Shown: positions 63,217 to 64,000 of the stretch, one piece after another
Position numbering within the stretch: position 1 is the stretch's first letter
How the letters are laid out: each line of letters opens with the position of its first letter
Assembly: GCF_004010195.1 (NCBI RefSeq)
Contig: NC_057719.1
Coordinates: 75,073,960-75,137,959, forward strand
DNA: 64,000 nucleotides
Origin: Chiloscyllium plagiosum
Taxonomy: Eukaryota
Direction of reading: 5' to 3'
Translations under genes and position numbers: made by a program
Notes under the pieces: generated by a model
The model's database searches: none
The model's input: the letters and a program-made list of their open reading frames with translations, nothing else
What the model was told of the DNA's origin: nothing

Positions 63217-64000
63217 AATGTATTAGTGTTCTCTGAGAGGAAGAGCACCCAACACTGGGCAAGGTGTTGCAAACTCCGTCCTATGGATATGTTACAGAAG
63301 GGTGGTTTCAACTATTGAAACTTTCAACTCTTCAACACTCATGTGTCCTGCCAATCATCACCATGCAGTCACAGGCAAATGCTTTTTCACACTTGCTGAT
63401 GATCATCCACTCTGTGTGTTTTGTGTTTCAAGTTCCATCTACGTAAAGCACCATTTGCCCTTGTTATTTTTGATTCACTTGTGGGATATGGGCATTGCTG
63501 GCTGGACCACTATTTATTGCCCATTCCTAGTTGCCCTTGAGAATGTGGTGGTGAGTTGCCATCTTGAACCACTACAGTCTGCAAGTCTGCACGCTGTAGT
63601 TAGATCCACAATGCTGTTAGGGAAGGAGTTGCCATAATTTTAACTCAACGACACTATCAGGACAGTGAGTGATTTGGGGGTAACTTATAGGCAGTGGTGT
63701 TCCCGTGTATCTGCTGCCCTTGTCCTTCATGATTTTGGAAGATGCTGCCTAAGCAGCGTTGATGAATTTCTGCATTGCATCTTGTAGATAGTAGACACTG
63801 CTGCGACTGAGCAATGGTGGTGGATGGAATAGATATTTGTGGATGTGGTGACAGTTAAGTGGACTGCTTTGTCCTGGATGGTGTCAAACGTCTTGAACTT
63901 TGTTGGAACTATGCCTATCCAGCCAGTGGGGAGTATTCCACCACACTCCTGACTTGTAGATGGTGGATAGGCTTTGGGGAGAGAGAGGAGGTGAGTTACC

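Overview
This is vertebrate genomic DNA, almost certainly from a shark or other elasmobranch (HE1-type V-SINEs, CR1/HER1 LINEs, Deu-domain SINEs). The window lies inside the 3' half of a SMOC1-like gene (SPARC-related modular calcium-binding protein) on the + strand. Three coding exons are recognisable: 17663-17768, 54060-54304 (EF-hand/EC domain) and 61354-61407. The introns between them are about 36.3 kb and 7.0 kb, and the second probably has a GC donor. The rest is intron packed with retroelement fragments (CR1, L2, Rex1/Babar, Tx1, Penelope-like, several SINEs, LTR-like and MITE-like pieces), CA microsatellites and one 292-N gap. Nearly all ORFs in the supplied track are repeat-derived or spurious. 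Main oddities: (1) a 79-bp duplication of the first exon's acceptor and 5' part, with a 52-bp insert copied from 2.1 kb upstream; (2) a young SINE that co-inserted a 134-bp inverted copy of nearby DNA; (3) many Penelope-derived, often fold-back, TSD-flanked inserts carrying minimal hammerhead-ribozyme motifs. Repeat boundaries are read by eye and are approximate. Family names come from recalled consensus features, not from database searches.
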